Assembly: GCF_004010195.1 (NCBI RefSeq) | Contig: NC_057726.1 | Span: 61,793,835 to 61,832,238, forward strand | Direction: 5' to 3' | From: Chiloscyllium plagiosum | Taxonomy: Eukaryota | Length of the DNA: 38,404 nt | Shown here: positions 36,590 to 38,404 of the stretch, in pieces | How the letters are laid out: the number at the start of each line of letters is the position of its first letter | Numbering within the stretch: position 1 is the stretch's first letter | The notes under the pieces: generated by a model | Database searches by the model: none | The model's input: the letters and a program-made list of their open reading frames with translations, nothing else | What the model was told of the DNA's origin: nothing | Made by a program: the position numbers and the translations under genes

Positions 36590-36968
36590 AGGACTCGTTG
36601 ACCCACTCTTTCATCCACTTCCAAGTACCCCCTCCATCTGAACCATCTCCCCTCGGTCTTTTAGCTTGATCACTTCATTGAGTATTGTCAACTCGGCAGC
36701 AACTGCCTTATTTTCTCTGTTCCCCTTACATACTCTAACCTGTGGCCCTCTGAACTTGCTGCACTCCATTCTGTCAGTTCTAACTTTGAATTTATTATCA
36801 GAATTGCTGGTAAGGATCGTGCTATTGTCATCTATCTGGAATAGGCCGAGTACCAACTTTCAGATACGACCTCTTATCTGACCTCAGATCATGGCCCAAC
36901 AGAACATCAAACTGTTATTTTTGGAATGGTTACAAACTTCATGCTTTACAGAGATCTCCCCTCTACAG
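36590..36968 (+). mobile_element. Degraded Penelope RT N-terminal fragment
   Basis: SELAALHSVSSNFEFIIRIAGKDRAIVI and QLSDTTSYLTSDHGPTEHQ align with the DKG region seen at 400-520 on the minus strand. Confidence 0.6.
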
Positions 36969-36989
36969 TTCAGGATGGATATCAGCAAC

Positions 36990-37730
36990 TATTCTTAATG
37001 GTAAGATCCTGGGTAGTGCTCTGGAACAAAGAGACCATGGAGTGCAAGTTCAAAGTTCCTGCAAGTAGAGTCACAAGTAAATAGGATAGTAAAGAAGGCA
37101 TTTGGTAAACTTGCCTTTTTTGATCAGTTCATTGAGTACAGGAGTTGGGACATGGTTTCTATGTATAGAACCTTGATTAGGCCACATTTGGAATACTGCA
37201 CTCAAGTTGGTTTCCTGGCTATCAGAAAGATATTGTGAAACTTGAAAGGATTCAGAAAAGATTTACATGAATGTCACTAGGCTTGCAGGGTTTGAACTAT
37301 AGTGAGAGGATGAATTGGCTGAGGCAATTTTTCCCTGGAGCATCAGAGACTGATGGGTGACCTTAAAAAGTTTTTAAAAAATCATGAGGGTCATGGATTG
37401 GGTGAACAGCCAAGGTCTTTTCCCTCGGGTAGGGGAGTCCAAAACTAGAAGACATCGATTTAAAGTGTGAGGATAAAGACTTAAAAGGGATCTAAGGGAC
37501 AACTTTTTCACACAGAGGGTGGCGCATGTATGGAACAAGCTGGCAGAGGAAATGGTGGAAGTGGATATAATTACAACATTTAAAAGGCACTTGGAATGAG
37601 TTCATGAATAGGATTTGTTTACAGGGATATGGGCAAAATGCTGGCAAGAGGGACGCGATTAACTTCGGATGTCTGATCAGCACTGATGAATTGGACTGAA
37701 GGTTCTGTTTCCATGGTATACATCTCTATG
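36990..37730 (+). mobile_element. CR1 LINE 3' fragment
   Basis: LIRPHLEYC, GESKTRRHRFK and NFFTQRV motifs with stops. Confidence 0.85.
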
Positions 37731-37733
37731 AGC

Positions 37734-38404
37734 TGGAAATGTGTTGCTGGAAAAGCGCAGCAGGTCAGGCAGCATCCAGGGAACAGGAGAATCGACGTTT
37801 CGGGCATAAGCCCTTCTTCAGGAATGGGGAAAGTTTGTCCAGCAGGCTAAGATAAAAGGTAGGGAGGAGGGACTTGGGAGAGGGGCGTCGGAAATGTGAT
37901 AGGTGGAAAGAGGTCAAGGTGAGGGTGATAGGTCAGACTGGGGTGGGGGCGGAGAGGTCGGGAAGGCTCCCAGGAGGACCAGTTCCAAAAACGCACAACC
38001 CAGATGGCCTCCTTCTTCAAGGACCGCAATTTCCCCCCCGACGTGGTCGACGATGCCCTCCACCGCATCTCTTCCACTTCCCGCTCCTCCGCCCTTGAAC
38101 CCCGCCCCTCCAACCGCCACCAGGACAGAACCCCACTGGTCCTCACCTACCACCCCACCAATCTCCATGTACAGCGCATCATCCGCCGTCATTTCCGCCA
38201 CCTCCAAACGGACCCCACCACCAAGGATATATCTCCCTCCCCTCCCCTATCAGCATTCCGTAAAGACCACTCCCTCCGTGACTCCCTCATCAGACCCACA
38301 CCCCCCCACCAACCCAACCTCCACTCCCGGCACCCTCCCCTGCAACCGCAGGAGGTGCAAGACTTGCGCCCACAAGGATATGCAGGTTTTTGGACTCCTC
38401 CATC
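37734..38404 (+). mobile_element. Penelope-like element: inverted terminal repeat (37734-37965) followed by ORF sequence running off the window
   Basis: SQEDQFQKRTTQMASFFKDRNFP...TPLVLTYHPTN...LQTDPTTKDI is homologous to 22306 onward. Confidence 0.92.
37794..37821 (-). ncRNA. Minimal hammerhead ribozyme core (Penelope type)
   Basis: CTGAAGA-AGGGC-TTAT-GCCC-GAA-ACGT-C, with the core intact. Confidence 0.7.

Noticed and set aside
1-38404. CRISPR arrays, operons or other prokaryotic systems
   Set aside because: The sequence is eukaryotic with spliced exons, and no repeat-spacer array is present.

Overview
Repeat-rich vertebrate genomic DNA, inferred to be from a cartilaginous fish (shark) because of its HE1-like V-SINEs, CR1 LINEs and Penelope-like elements. 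One protein-coding gene can be rebuilt on the minus strand from six GT-AG exons with matching phases (19243-19204, 18978-18673, 16430-16134, 12835-12714, 11677-11642, 5071-4904; 969 nt, 322 aa). It encodes a type I Ig-superfamily receptor: leader, a germline VJ-type V domain, a C1-set domain, a transmembrane segment with an Arg, and a tail whose last exon appears to hold decayed ITIM/ITSM-like motifs. The architecture resembles an antigen-receptor chain, but no RSS is evident. Most of the remainder is retroelement debris: several Penelope-like terminal repeats with minimal hammerhead ribozyme cores (some as long palindromes with target-site duplications), a four-level nest of LINE/Penelope/CR1/SINE insertions at about 21.8-31.0 kb, and older LINE fragments. 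A repeat-poor block at about 31-33.4 kb holds a diverged ~497 bp tandem duplication and a possible terminal exon of a neighbouring gene. Most short ORFs in the supplied track are retroelement fragments or chance ORFs. All calls were made by eye; no searches were run.
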